NCBI RefSeq assembly: GCF_009914755.1
Contig: NC_060939.1
DNA length: 64,000 nucleotides
Strand: one strand, 5' to 3'
From: the human T2T-CHM13v2.0 reference genome, Homo sapiens
Below, piece by piece: positions 44,262 through 62,576 of this stretch (position 1 is the first letter of the stretch; each line of letters begins with the position of its first letter). A model generated the notes under the pieces. That model ran no database searches. It saw nothing but the letters and a program-made list of their open reading frames with translations, and was not told where the DNA came from. The position numbers were made by a program, and so were the translations under genes.

Positions 44262-45233
44262 GGCGACGAGTTCGAGTGCAAGCAGCACGGGGGCCACAGG
44301 CGAGGGCCACCACCGCCACCTCCTCTGTTCAGGGTTTGGTTGGCACACCCGGTAACCCACGTCTGCCCCACCCTCCGCCAGGAACCCGCCCCCGGCCCCA
44401 CCTCCCGCCAGCGCCACCCCAAGCTTTCCCAGCCGCGTGGGCGGCGCTTCGCTCTCCCCGGCCAACCGCCCGGACCTCGGCGCTTTCTTCTAGGATCCGC
44501 ATGAATCGCTTTGGGCTATCGGAAGAGCTATCCCCAGTTCTCGGGAGAAAGAGTCCGCGACCAGCGTCTGACCTCTCACTCAGAGTCCCCAGTCCTGCCT
44601 TAGTTTCCCCAGCGACCCTGAATTTGGAGTTGCTGTCTCTAAGTGAAAGCTGAACCTGCAACCCCTTGAGGGTTTCAGCCGCAGAGGGGCGGGAGAAAGG
44701 GCCTGGTTGGTAGGCGGGCTCAGCGGTTCGCGCCCAGTTAGCCCCGAGCTTCGGAGACCCGAGAGACCAGAGGATGGCTGACACGAAGGGGCACCCGAGA
44801 CAGCGCCTGGGCTTTTTCCCGCCCGCGGTTCCACCGCTCTGAAACCGATTTCTAACAGAGAGGTAATTGGGGCCCTGCGGTTGTGGTGGCAGCAGTGAAA
44901 GTTGGCTGTCACCGACTGGAGCGCCCCCAGTTGGTGGGCAGGGATACGGGCGCGGGTAGTGGCAGGAAAGTTGCAGGGCAGAGAGCCAGAACCCAGTCCT
45001 AGGTCTCACCTCGTGAGACGCCTAAACACGCGTCAGAGTGGTGAGACCGCTCCCTGAGGAGGGCCAGGAGCTGCCATGAAGTCGCCAGGCATTCCAGAGG
45101 GCCAGATCCTGGTGCACTGAGACCCCAGCACCAACCTCTGGCCAGCCCTTGGTGTCTCCACTTGTTCCTGTTTGATTATGTTTCCCAAGAGCCCTGATGT
45201 TGTCCTGTTTCCTAAACAGGATCCCTCTGTTAA

Positions 45234-45531
<298 letters not shown>

Positions 45532-45943
45532 TAGCCAGGATGGTTTTGATCTCCTGACCTCGTGATCCACCCGCCTCGGCTTCCCAAAGTGCTGGGATTA
45601 CAGGGATGAGCCACCGCGCCCGGCTAATACACATAAAATTTGTATGTAAATTATACTTCAATAAAGTTGATCTTTAAAATCTGTGCTATTTCTGTTTCTC
45701 TGCGGCAATATCCTAATCTGATAAACAGTTGTGGTAATGGATAAAGCTGGTCTCTTAGCTGGGCATGGCGGTGCATGCCTGTAGTCCCAGCTACTCAGGA
45801 GGCTGAAGCAGGAGGATCGCTTGAATCCATGAATCAGGTTGCAGTGAGCCATGTTTTCGCCACTGAACTTCAGCCTGAGCAACAGAGAGAGACCCTGTCT
45901 CAAAAAAAGAAAAAAAGGCCAGGCGCGCTGGCAGATTCCATCT

Positions 45944-46262
<319 letters not shown>

Positions 46263-46877
46263 TCAAAAAGAAACCTGAGTTTTGCTGAATACGGGGACAG
46301 AGAAATGGGAGTCATGGTGGAGGAAATAGGATCAAGAAAAAGTTTTAAGATGGGAGAAATAGCATGTTCCATGTTGACGGAAATAATTTTTAGAACATCT
46401 CCAAAATTTTGATGGTGTAGGAGATTTACTGCAGTAGTGCCCTTGAATAGGTTTGAGGTCATGAGATCTATTCAGGATTAGCTAAAGCCTAAAGGTAGGA
46501 GTGTGGGCAGTTCGTTTATGGTAACAGGCCACAGGCAGAGAAGGTGGGTGTAAGTGTAGAGGTTAGGTAGATGTGGTGGGAGTCTGAAAATTTTTTTCTG
46601 ATTGCTTCCATTTTTCTCAGTGAAGTAGGAAGCAACTGAGAGAGAGGATGAGGGAGGAGTGATTGGGGTTGAGGTGTGAAAATAGTGTGAAACAGTTGCC
46701 TGTAAGTGTGAGAGAGTGAATAAGTTAGGAATGTGTCAAACACTAAGGACTGATGATAAATCTGAGGCTTAGAGAAGCAGAGATTCTAAACCTAGGCCTA
46801 CAGATCATACAATTCAGGGAATCTGTGAACTTGGAAGGGAAAAAAAATTACATATTTATTTATTTATTTATTTTTGA

Positions 46878-47027
<150 letters not shown>

Positions 47028-47493
47028 TAAATTTTTTGTAGAGACAGGATCTTGCCATGTTGCCCAGGCTGGTCTCAAACTCCTGGCCTCAAGTGATCCT
47101 CCCACCTCAGCCTCCCAAAGTGCTGAGATTTACAGGCATGAGTCTCCATGCTCAGCCAAAATTACATCTGTATTTTCACTAACTTTTAACAGAAATTTAG
47201 CATCTCCTTTAATTATGAATGTAGGCAACAAATCACTGGTACTGGCAGTAACTGCAATGTTATTACTAATAGAAATAACAGATATTTTCATTTTACATTA
47301 CAAGTGTTGAAGATACATCTAAATATTGTTTGCATTCAGCACACTTTGTAATTATAATTGATATTAGACTTGCTGTTAGATCTTTAATACATTGATAAAA
47401 ATCAGTTACATCATAAACATTTTAATATTTTGATAATTATATGTGAATATAATTGTTTTTCTTTATGAACCCCTGTGTTTTTTGCAAATTTAA

Positions 47494-47712
<219 letters not shown>

Positions 47713-48015
47713 TAGCCAGGATGGTCTCGATCTCCTGACCTCGTGATCCGCCCACCTCGGCCTCCCAAAGTGCTGGGATTACAGGCGTCAGCCACCGCGC
47801 CCTGCGATCTTGACTGTTTTTAAGTGTATGGTTCAGTAGTGTTAAGTATCGCCTATCCTATCGCCCTGCAGCCAATCTCCAAAGCTCTTTATCTTGGAAA
47901 ACTGAAACTCTATATCCATTTAACAATTCCCGATTTCCCCCTCCTCCCAGCCCCTAGCAACAACCACCCTTCTGCCTTCTGTATCTGTGAATTTGACTAC
48001 TGTAGATACCTCATA

Positions 48016-48635
48016 CAGTAGTCTACCCTTATCTTCAGGGAAGTTCCAAGGCCCTCAGTGGATGCCTGAAACTGCAGATAATACTGAACCTGAATAATGA
48101 CAATCAGAACATGTTTCTGTTCATGTCTCCCATCCACAAATGTAATGCCTTTTCTGTCTTAATTAAGCACTTAATGATGCACTGTGGCCATAACTTTTGC
48201 AGTTTGAGGTGCAACAGCAAAACTGGCATGAGTTTTTCTCTCTTTTTTTCACAATTTCACGAATAGGGGAGATTTGTTCTTACCTTAAATCTTAGCTAAC
48301 TCAGCATAAGATTTTTTTTTTCCTTATTGAGAACTTCTACCTTTTCACTTAAAGGAAGCACTTGATGGCTTCTCTTTGGCAAAACCAAATTGGCAGCAAC
48401 ACTACTCTTGCATTTTGGGCTCATTATTAAGTAAAATAAGGGTTGCTTGCATATAAACACTGTGATACGCTCTGATAACTGAGATGGCTACTAAGTGATT
48501 AGTGGGTGGGTGTTGCCTACAGTGTGGATACACTGGACAAAGGAAGGATTGCCATCCTGGGTGGGATGGAGAGGGAGGACACAAGATTTTATCACACTAT
48601 TCAGAACAGCACTCAATTGAAAAGCTTCTGAGTTG
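48016..48635 (+). mobile_element. MER44/Tigger7-type (TcMar) DNA transposon fragment
   Basis: ta-cagtagtctacccttatc..ttccaagg..cagtggatgcctgaaactgc; ttcacttaaaggaagcac..cattattaagtaaaataagggtt..ggctactaagtga. Confidence 0.75.
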
Positions 48636-49091
48636 TTGGCCAGCCACGGTGGCTCACGCCTGTGATCCCAGCACTTTGGGAGGCCGAGGCAGGTGGACCA
48701 TTTGAGGTCAGGAGTTCGAGACCAGCCTGGCCAACATAGCGAAATCCCATGTCTACTAAAAACACAAAAATTAGCTGGGAGCGGTGACTAATTTTAGTCC
48801 CAGCTACTCGGGAGGAGGAGACAGGAGAATCACTTCAACCCAGGAGGCAGAGGTTTCAGTGAGCTGAGATAGAGCAAGGTCTGTCTCAAAAACAAACAAA
48901 ACAAACAAACAAACAAACAACAAAAGAAAAACTTATTGTTTATGTCTGCATTTTTCCTTTTTTTTTTTTTTTTTGAGACAAGGTCTCACTATGTTACCCA
49001 AGCTGGAGTGCAATGGTACAATCCCGGCTCACTGAAACCTCTGCCTACTGGGTTCAAGCGATTCTCCTGCCTCAGCCTCCTGGGACTATAG

Positions 49092-49564
<473 letters not shown>

Positions 49565-50174
49565 TAAAATGAGGATTTAACTCTCATCTGCCCCCAAAAT
49601 ATGCATGTACTTTCTCTCTCCATCCTCCTAATGTAGTAATGTTATTTTTGTTATATCAATATTGAATGTTTCTATTATTAGGAGTATGTAAATGTTATTT
49701 GCAAGCTGTGACACTTACCATATTATGTTCACATTTTCCTTCTTGTATGTTCCTCTACACCAATTAATAATTATGCATTTTTTTTGTTTGCTTAGTTACC
49801 TATGTACTTATTACCAATTCATTCTCATACCCTCTTCTAGGAGTATAACTCTCCTGTTAGTATAACCAAATACAATCAGATAATTTATCAATTTTATCAG
49901 TTTCCATTTTTTCTTAGATATATGGCTCCAGAGCCCTCCATACTCCTGCTCCAATCTGAAATGATTGTTCTCTAGGTCGGCTGCAAAGCTATTATCCTGG
50001 GATCTCCCTTCTATCTCAGCTGGAGGATTTCCTTCACTTACCTCCTGTGTCAGATACACTTTTTCCTGGATCCTGTAACTTTTTTCTTGGCTTACTCCCT
50101 CATTTTGGTGCAAAGCCTCAAAGGATTTATCCACCATGCATTCTTTTCAGGAAGCTTTTGGACAAATCCTTTGA

Positions 50175-50649
<475 letters not shown>

Positions 50650-50948
50650 TGAGCCACCATGCCTGGCCAACTTTTTTTTTGAGACAGTCTCACTCTGTTG
50701 CCCAGGCTGGAGTGCAGTGGCATGATCTCGGCTCACTGCAACCTCTGCCTTCTGGGTTCAAGCAATTCTTGTGCCTCAGCCTCTTGAGTAGCTGGGACTA
50801 CAGGCATGTGCCACCACGCCTGGCTAATTTTTGTATATTCTTTTAGTACAGACGGGGCTTCATTATGTTGGCTAGGCTGGTCTCGAACTCCTGGCCTCAA
50901 GTGATCCACTGGCCTCGGCCTCCCAAAGTGCTGGGATTACAGGCATGA

Positions 50949-51200
<252 letters not shown>

Positions 51201-51288
51201 TGAAACCTCCACCTCTGGGTTCATGTGATTCTCCTGTCTCAGCTTTCTGGAGTAGCTGGGACTACAAGCGGGTGCCACCACGCCCAGC

Positions 51289-51321
<33 letters not shown>

Positions 51322-51826
51322 TATTTTTAGTAGAGACGAGGTTTCATCATGTTGGCCAGGCTGGTCTCAAACTCCTGACCTTGTGATCCGCCCACCTTGG
51401 CCTCCCAAAGTGCTGGGATTACAGGTATCAGCCACCGCACCTGGCCACATGTGGCTAATTTTTAAAAGTTTTGTAGAGATGGGTCTCCCTACCCAAGCTG
51501 GTCTCAAAGTCTTGGTCTCAAGTGATTCTCTTGACTTGGCCTCTCAAAGTGTTAGGATTTCAGGCATAAACAACTGAGTCCAGCCTATTCTCTTCAGGTA
51601 TTTGATAACATTGCCCCATTGTCTTCTCGTTTCCAGTGTTGCTGCTGACAAGTCTGTAGCCATTCTGATTCTTCATCCTTTGTATATGAACTATTTTTTA
51701 TCTCAGAAGCCATTAGGATCTTTTTAATTCTGACACTCTGATGTGTGGTGATGTAGAGCTTTTCTCATTTCTTGGGTTGGGCACTCTGTGACCTCCCTCT
51801 ATTTTTGTTTTATTTATTTATTTTAA

Positions 51827-52100
<274 letters not shown>

Positions 52101-52180
52101 TGAGCCACCGCGCCCGGCCCTAATTAATTTTTTTGAGACGGTGTCTCACTCTGTCGCCCAAGTTGGAGTGTAATGACTGA

Positions 52181-52450
<270 letters not shown>

Positions 52451-52929
52451 TAGACAGAGTCTCACTCTGCTGCCCAGGCTGGAGTGCAGTGGAGCAATCT
52501 CGGCTCACTGAAACCTCCATCTCCTAGGTTCAAGCTATTCTCCTGCTTCAGCCTCCCAAGTAGTTGGGATTACAGGCGCCCACCACCACACCCGGCTAAT
52601 TTTTGTATTTTTAGTAGAGATGAGGTTTCACCATGTTGGCCAGGCGGGTCACCAACTCCTGGCCTCAAATGATCCACCTGCCTCAGCCTCCCAAAGTGCT
52701 GGGATTACAGGCGTGATCCACCGCGCCCCGCCTGAATGTTTCTTTCTTTCTTTTATTTTTTCCTTTTTTTTAGAGACATAGTCTTGCTCTGTTACCCATG
52801 CTGGAGTACGGTGGCGAGATCACGACTCACTACAACTTTGAATTCCTGGATTCAAGCAATCCTCCCATCTCAGCCTCCTGAGTAGCTAAGGACTACAGGT
52901 GCGTACCACCACTCCTGGCTGTTTTCTGA

Positions 52930-53370
<441 letters not shown>

Positions 53371-53463
53371 TGAGACTGAATTTTCTGCTTGTGTTTTTTT
53401 GGGGTCTATTTTTATGTTAGGACTGTTTTCTCCAACGCTTGGTGATCTTTGGCTCTATATTCA

Positions 53464-55822
<2,359 letters not shown>

Positions 55823-56324
55823 ACCACTTCTGAGGTAATATTTATTTATTTGTTTGTTTTTTGAGACAGGGTCTCATTCTGTCACCCAGGCTGGAGTGCA
55901 GCGGCGTGATCATAGCTCACTGCACCCTCCATGAGGTAACATTTAAACTGAGACCTAGAGCCTGTTGCCTGTGATAGTCTCCTGACTGGTCTCCTCATTT
56001 CTATTCATCTGCTGTAATCCATTCTCTACTGGTAAAGTGATCTTTTCAAAGCTTACACTATGCTAATGAAGAGCACAGGCTGGGTTAGACTCTCAGCTCC
56101 ACCCCTTATTATCTCAGTTTCGTTGAGAAAGTTATTTAACCTGCCAGGGCCGAGGTTTCTAAATCAGTAGGAGGGGGATAATGACACCTCCAAAGGTCAT
56201 CGTAAGGCTCAAATAAGAAAAGTACACTAGGGCCGGGCGCGGTGGCTCACGCCTGTAATCCCAGCACTTTGGGAGGCTGAGGTGGGCGGATCACAAGGTC
56301 AGGAGATCGAGACCATCCTGGCTA

Positions 56325-56567
<243 letters not shown>

Positions 56568-57075
56568 TTAGCTAGTAGTTATATTAGCAGTAGTAACTTG
56601 GATCTTGTCACAACCCTACCTCCCTATCTGACCTAGTTTCACACCACCCTGCTCATTAGGCATTAGTGACTTGCCCTTTACCTACACAATAATCCTGTGG
56701 CTCTTGATGGGATGACCTGAGGGAGGAGGGCCTTAGGGCCTTCACACGTGCTGTTCCCTCCTGAAATGTTCTCCCTGCCCTTCCCTCCTGGGCTTGGCTA
56801 ATTTCTCATCTTTTTGCTTTAGCTCAAATATCACTTACTTCACCTCCCTAATCAAAATTAAAGTCTACAGAGTCCACAGGTGTACTCCCTTCATAGCACC
56901 AGCAGTACTATTTAGTTACTTCATACCAGGTGGAATTGTTCACAGAGTCTTCATTCAAATTACACTGACATCTGTTTTTATGGGTCAGTGCTTAAGCTGT
57001 GTGCACTGCGAAACATTTTGAATATCATCCTTGCGTGGAATCTGTTATTTTCCTTTAAAGCTATTATCATGATCA

Positions 57076-57246
<171 letters not shown>

Positions 57247-57326
57247 TTATCCCAGCACTGTGGGAGGCCGAGGCAGGTGGATCACCTGAGGTCAGGAGTT
57301 TGAGACCAGCCTGACCAACATGGTTA

Positions 57327-57797
<471 letters not shown>

Positions 57798-57917
57798 TCA
57801 TGATTATAGGAATATGCTGTGCTCATCAAGATATACCCAATTGTGGCTGTGCACCGTGGCTCACACCTGTAATCCTTGCACTTTGGGGGGCCAAGGAGGG
57901 CGGATCACCTGAGGTCA

Positions 57918-58560
<643 letters not shown>

Positions 58561-58563
58561 TGA

Positions 58564-58782
<219 letters not shown>

Positions 58783-59739
58783 TAGGGTTTTCACCATTGT
58801 TGGTCAGGCTGCTGGTCTCGAACTCCTGACCTTCTGATCTGCCCACCTCAGCCTCCCAAAGTGCTGGGATTACAGGCGTGAGCCACCACGCCCGGCCCTC
58901 CAGGGTCTTAATACAAAACCGGGTGGCTGGTGGCGATGGTACAGTAAGAAAAGCTCCAGAGGGGAAAAGCGAATATGTGAATTATCTAATCTCAGCCACT
59001 GATCCAACTCCATAGTCTGTGACTTTTGGAGTCCTCCAATACTTCCAAGCTGCATGTTCACATTTAAAGTTTCTGGGGGAAAACGAACAGGGTAGAGTTT
59101 TAGGAAATACCAGATGTTGCTGCGATTTTCTACAGTGAAGGGGCGTGGAAGGGGACAATGGGAGTAGAAGCGGGTTTCTGAAGTTGTGTTTGTACTTGAT
59201 TTTAAGCGAGCTGTGAACAACTCGTGTCCAAATAAGTGGCTGAGAGGTGGTCCTAAGTAAGCACAAGTTTAGTAGTAGAGTACTCGTAACACAGAACTGG
59301 CTGAAACCCCGCCCTCTTGTCTACGGGCGTTCTTTCAGGGCGACTTTGTCAGTACCCCAAACTGTCCCCGCATGAGGTCACTCTGCACGGTCACGTGCTC
59401 GAGCCCGCGGGAGCGCCACATCGCCAGCCGCACCCCTCCACCCCCACCCTGCCCACGTGACCCGGCCTAGTTTCTCCAGGCCCGTCCCTACGTCTCACTC
59501 GGGAAGCCCCGCCCCACGCTGAGCGCTCCGCCTGCGACCCTCCGCCACTTACCCACCCCGGCTCAAGCACGACCCGTGGATCCACGTGCTTTTTCTTGTC
59601 CAATGGGAGCCGGCTCCCGGGCGCGAAGGGGCGGGGAGGAAAGGAACGACTGTGCTACGTTGCCAGAAGGGGCGGGACCTGCAACGTCCGACAGAACGAG
59701 GGGACGTAACGGAGGCAGGTTGGAGCCGCTGCCGTCGCC

Positions 59740-59746
59740 ATGACCC
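59740..59746 (+). CDS. SERF2: SERF2 exon 1 coding part (ATGACCC)
   Basis: gtcgccATGACCC/gtgagc. Confidence 0.93.
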
Positions 59747-61136
59747 GTGAGCACCGAGCCCCCTTCTCCTTGCCCTTTTCTTTCCGTTCACCCTAAACAC
59801 CACCGGCGAGGCGCCGGCTTTGACCTTCCGTAGCTTCCCTAGCAAGGCGTTTCTCTGGGCGCGCTCTGTAGCCACCCTCACACTCGGTGCCCGGAAATCG
59901 AGCCCTTTGCCCACGGCTACTTCACGGGACCACCCTCCCGGGTTAGGCATAGGCCCTCCCGGATCTTCCGCGGTGTAAGGAGAAGGCCAGCGCCCCTGTG
60001 ATAGGCCCAGAGCCCCCACTCCACAAGCCAGCCCATCCCCCACGGAGACCCAAACCGTCCACACACACCTTGCCAGCTGTTTGGGCCCCACGCCGCCCCA
60101 AAACACGCCTCCAGCTGGCCCCTTGGGACCTCCCTTCTCTAGTCCGTATTTTGACCTGGCCCGTGGCAGATTCGCCACTCCCCCCTACCCCAAGCAGCCT
60201 GGGCCTCGATGGGCCGTTGTCGGGGCCCGGAGATTGAAGTGGTGTTGGATCCTGCTGCTGGCCGCGCTGGGGTAGAAGGGTCGCCGGTGTGTGGGCAGAG
60301 CGGCCCCCGCGTCTCACCTTTAATTTTCTTTCCTTAGGCGGTAACCAGCGTGAGCTCGCCCGCCAGAAGAATATGAAAAAGCAGAGCGACTCGGTTAAGG
60401 GAAAGCGCCGAGATGACGGGCTTTCTGCTGCCGCCCGCAAGCAGAGGTAGCCCCAGGGAGGGGAGGGAAAGGGACGGTGGAGACCTGGGTTAGACCAAGG
60501 GTTATAGAAGGAAAGAGAGCTACCTCAGGGCTTGAATGTGGACTAGTCGTGAGGAGCAGAGTGCATTGCTTCCTCTAGGGTTTTATTTCCTCCCCACCCT
60601 CCAAATTGTTAGCTCACAGCCTTACAGGAAAGGACGGGGGCGGGCGCCTGCCCTCAGTCTGATTTCTGAGCGTCCCTGGGTCTGACCTTAAGGGCAAGGG
60701 CAGGGAGCTTCACATTTCAAATACAGTTGTGGTTACGGCAGCCCAGTACTTTTGGCCCTCCTTGCTGTTCGGTTCTCCTCCCTTCTCCCAACCTCCTCAC
60801 TGGTGTTGCTGGGTGTGGTCCTCAATACAGAATAGAGACCCTTGGGCCTGTGTCACCAGACTTCTGACCCCTTGGGCAACAGCCAGATGGAGACTGGTCG
60901 CCTTTTGAGCCTCAGCTCTCTTCCTCTTGTTCTCCTAGGGTGGGAGTACAGCAGCCAAACGCTGAACTTAGTCCCATCCACTTCCATCTTATCCTTTGTG
61001 CCCTTCATCCCCCTGCATCTTGTCCTTTTTGCCCTCTGGTACCTCCCAGTGCCCCATCATCTCTACCCCCAGGGACTCGGAGATCATGCAGCAGAAGCAG
61101 AAAAAGGCAAACGAGAAGAAGGAGGAACCCAAGTAG
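59740..61136 (+). CDS. SERF2: Small EDRK-rich factor 2, 59 aa
   Basis: join(59740-59746,60338-60446,61073-61136)=180 nt: [59 protein letters not shown]. Confidence 0.97.
60338..60446 (+). CDS. SERF2: SERF2 exon 2
   Basis: ttag/GCGGTAAC..CAGAG/gtagcc. Confidence 0.96.
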
Positions 61137-61335
61137 CTTTGTGGCTTCGTGTCCAACCCTCTTGCCCTTCGCCTGTGTGCCTGGAGCCAGTCCCACCACG
61201 CTCGCGTTTCCTCCTGTAGTGCTCACAGGTCCCAGCACCGATGGCATTCCCTTTGCCCTGAGTCTGCAGCGGGTCCCTTTTGTGCTTCCTTCCCCTCAGG
61301 TAGCCTCTCTCCCCCTGGGCCACTCCCGGGGGTGA
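60939..61335 (+). CDS. SERF2: SERF2 alternative last exon (upstream acceptors at 60939 or 61050; 170-aa and 133-aa frameshifted isoforms)
   Basis: Acceptors ttctcctag/G and ctcccag/T join exon 2 to ORF 60940..61335; lengths agree with my recollection of annotated long SERF2 isoforms. Confidence 0.65.
61022..61122 (-). ncRNA. MIR1282: microRNA 1282 annotated hairpin (mature 61095-61114)
   Basis: Reverse complement contains UCGUUUGCCUUUUUCUGCUU, the recalled miR-1282 mature sequence; antisense to the SERF2 intron 2/exon 3 junction. Confidence 0.75.
61073..61136 (+). CDS. SERF2: SERF2 exon 3 coding part
   Basis: cccccag/GGACTCG..AAGTAG. Confidence 0.96.
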
Positions 61336-61387
61336 GGGGGTTACCCCTTCCCAGTGTTTTTTATTCCTGTGGGGCTCACCCCAAAGT

Positions 61388-61393
61388 ATTAAA
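61388..61393 (+). terminator. SERF2 proximal poly(A) signal ATTAAA
   Basis: About 250 nt after the stop, GU-rich downstream. Confidence 0.7.
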
Positions 61394-61549
61394 AGTAGCT
61401 TTGTAATTCCTTGAGCGCCTGGTTTGACTGGGGACTTGGGGGGATGGGGTTGGAAGAATGACTGCCCTTTCCCACCAAAAAAGGGAGAACTCTTTAGATT
61501 CAGATTGTGGGTATGTAGACTTAATAAGTGAAACATCACAGAAGAAGCC

Positions 61550-61555
61550 TTTATT
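61550..61555 (-). terminator. Probable SERINC4 poly(A) signal AATAAA
   Basis: tttatt on + strand, about 810 nt beyond the SERINC4 stop. Confidence 0.6.
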
Positions 61556-62362
61556 ATACAATGACAACCAAACAAGTACTCCGGATATGCAGTAGAGGAA
61601 TCCTCTAAGAACCATAGAGACTTCTTTTCTGTGATTTTTGTTCCCCACCCTTGAACACCATCTCTAGGATGGAGTTGGCCTAAGAGTGAATGCTGCAAGA
61701 TCTGTGTTTATGCCTCTTTTCCTCATTCTTCCTCAGTTTGTTCGTCTGCTTGAAAGTTGGCCAAAAAATCCTGCTGCTCACCGACTTCCCGTGGTCAGCT
61801 GCTGTCAAGCGTTCACTTTCTCTTCTGTCATTCCTCATGGAATGAGGGTGGTTTTGTCTTCCCGCTTCCCTTGACCTCAAAATCAGGATTAAAACCTGGG
61901 GTAGCCTCTGTGCTCCTTTCTTCTATGCCCTGGTTTGTTCTGTGGTTCTGGGCTTCTTATATCCGTGTGCCCAGGGCTGAACTCCTTATTTTCCTTTCTC
62001 CAAGGGCAGAGCCGAGTCTTCAGTCCCTGTTGGTCTTTCCCCACCCCCACTTCCAGCCCAAGAGCCAGGAAAGGGCTGGTGCCACACTGTCTGCTGGGAT
62101 CAGCGGTGGTTCTTTGAGCTGCTGATTTGGGTGTTAGGCTCTTGAGCTGGGATGCAGATGTAACAGTAGCTCCAGTGAGTCAGACACTCTGCCCAGCACA
62201 TTAGACTGTGTTTGACCACTTCTTCCAGTTCATAGTATTGACTTCAGCCCAAACGGAGATAACTCCCTGTGTGTCCTTGAGGTATTGAGCTGGGCTGGAC
62301 AGCTCCCCTTGAGCCAACTCTAGGAGTACAATGTCAGGGGAACCCCAGTTTGTGAAAAGGAC

Positions 62363-62576
62363 TTAGACTGGAGGATATTTGTTATCTGGGGATATGATGC
62401 GGTGGCGGCGGCGCCTCAAGATAAGGGGCTGGGGTTTCTGGGTGGGGGGCCAACAGAGTGGTGCCAGTAACAGCCCCAGATAGAGGAGTACGCAGGCCCA
62501 GCATGAGGCAACCTTGACCCAGAAGGTGGCCCAGCTACCCTTGATGAAGGTCTTTTCCAGTTCTGCTCCCTCATAG
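62363..62576 (-). CDS. SERINC4: SERINC4 last coding exon
   Basis: [50 protein letters not shown]. Confidence 0.93.

Larger units (their letters stand above)
59300..60460. promoter_or_regulatory. CpG island / SERF2 promoter with CCAAT box, GC boxes and three CACGTG E-boxes
   Basis: CACGTG at 59392, 59454, 59583; CCAAT at about 59600; GGGGCGGGG at about 59627. Confidence 0.85.

Noticed and set aside
44262-44465. 68-codon in-frame upstream extension of ELL3 (near-cognate starts)
   Set aside because: Expected in a GC-rich island; much of it likely lies upstream of the TSS; no independent support
44329-45009. 226-aa ORF, the longest in the track
   Set aside because: Non-ATG start within a CpG island, Gly/Arg/Pro-rich, no domain
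59549-60440. 209-aa and 165-aa minus-strand ORFs
   Set aside because: CpG-island and antisense artefacts over SERF2 exons 1-2
61084-61698. 204-aa ORF antisense to SERF2 exon 3 and 3' UTR
   Set aside because: No homology recognised; most of it lies beyond the probable SERINC4 poly(A) site
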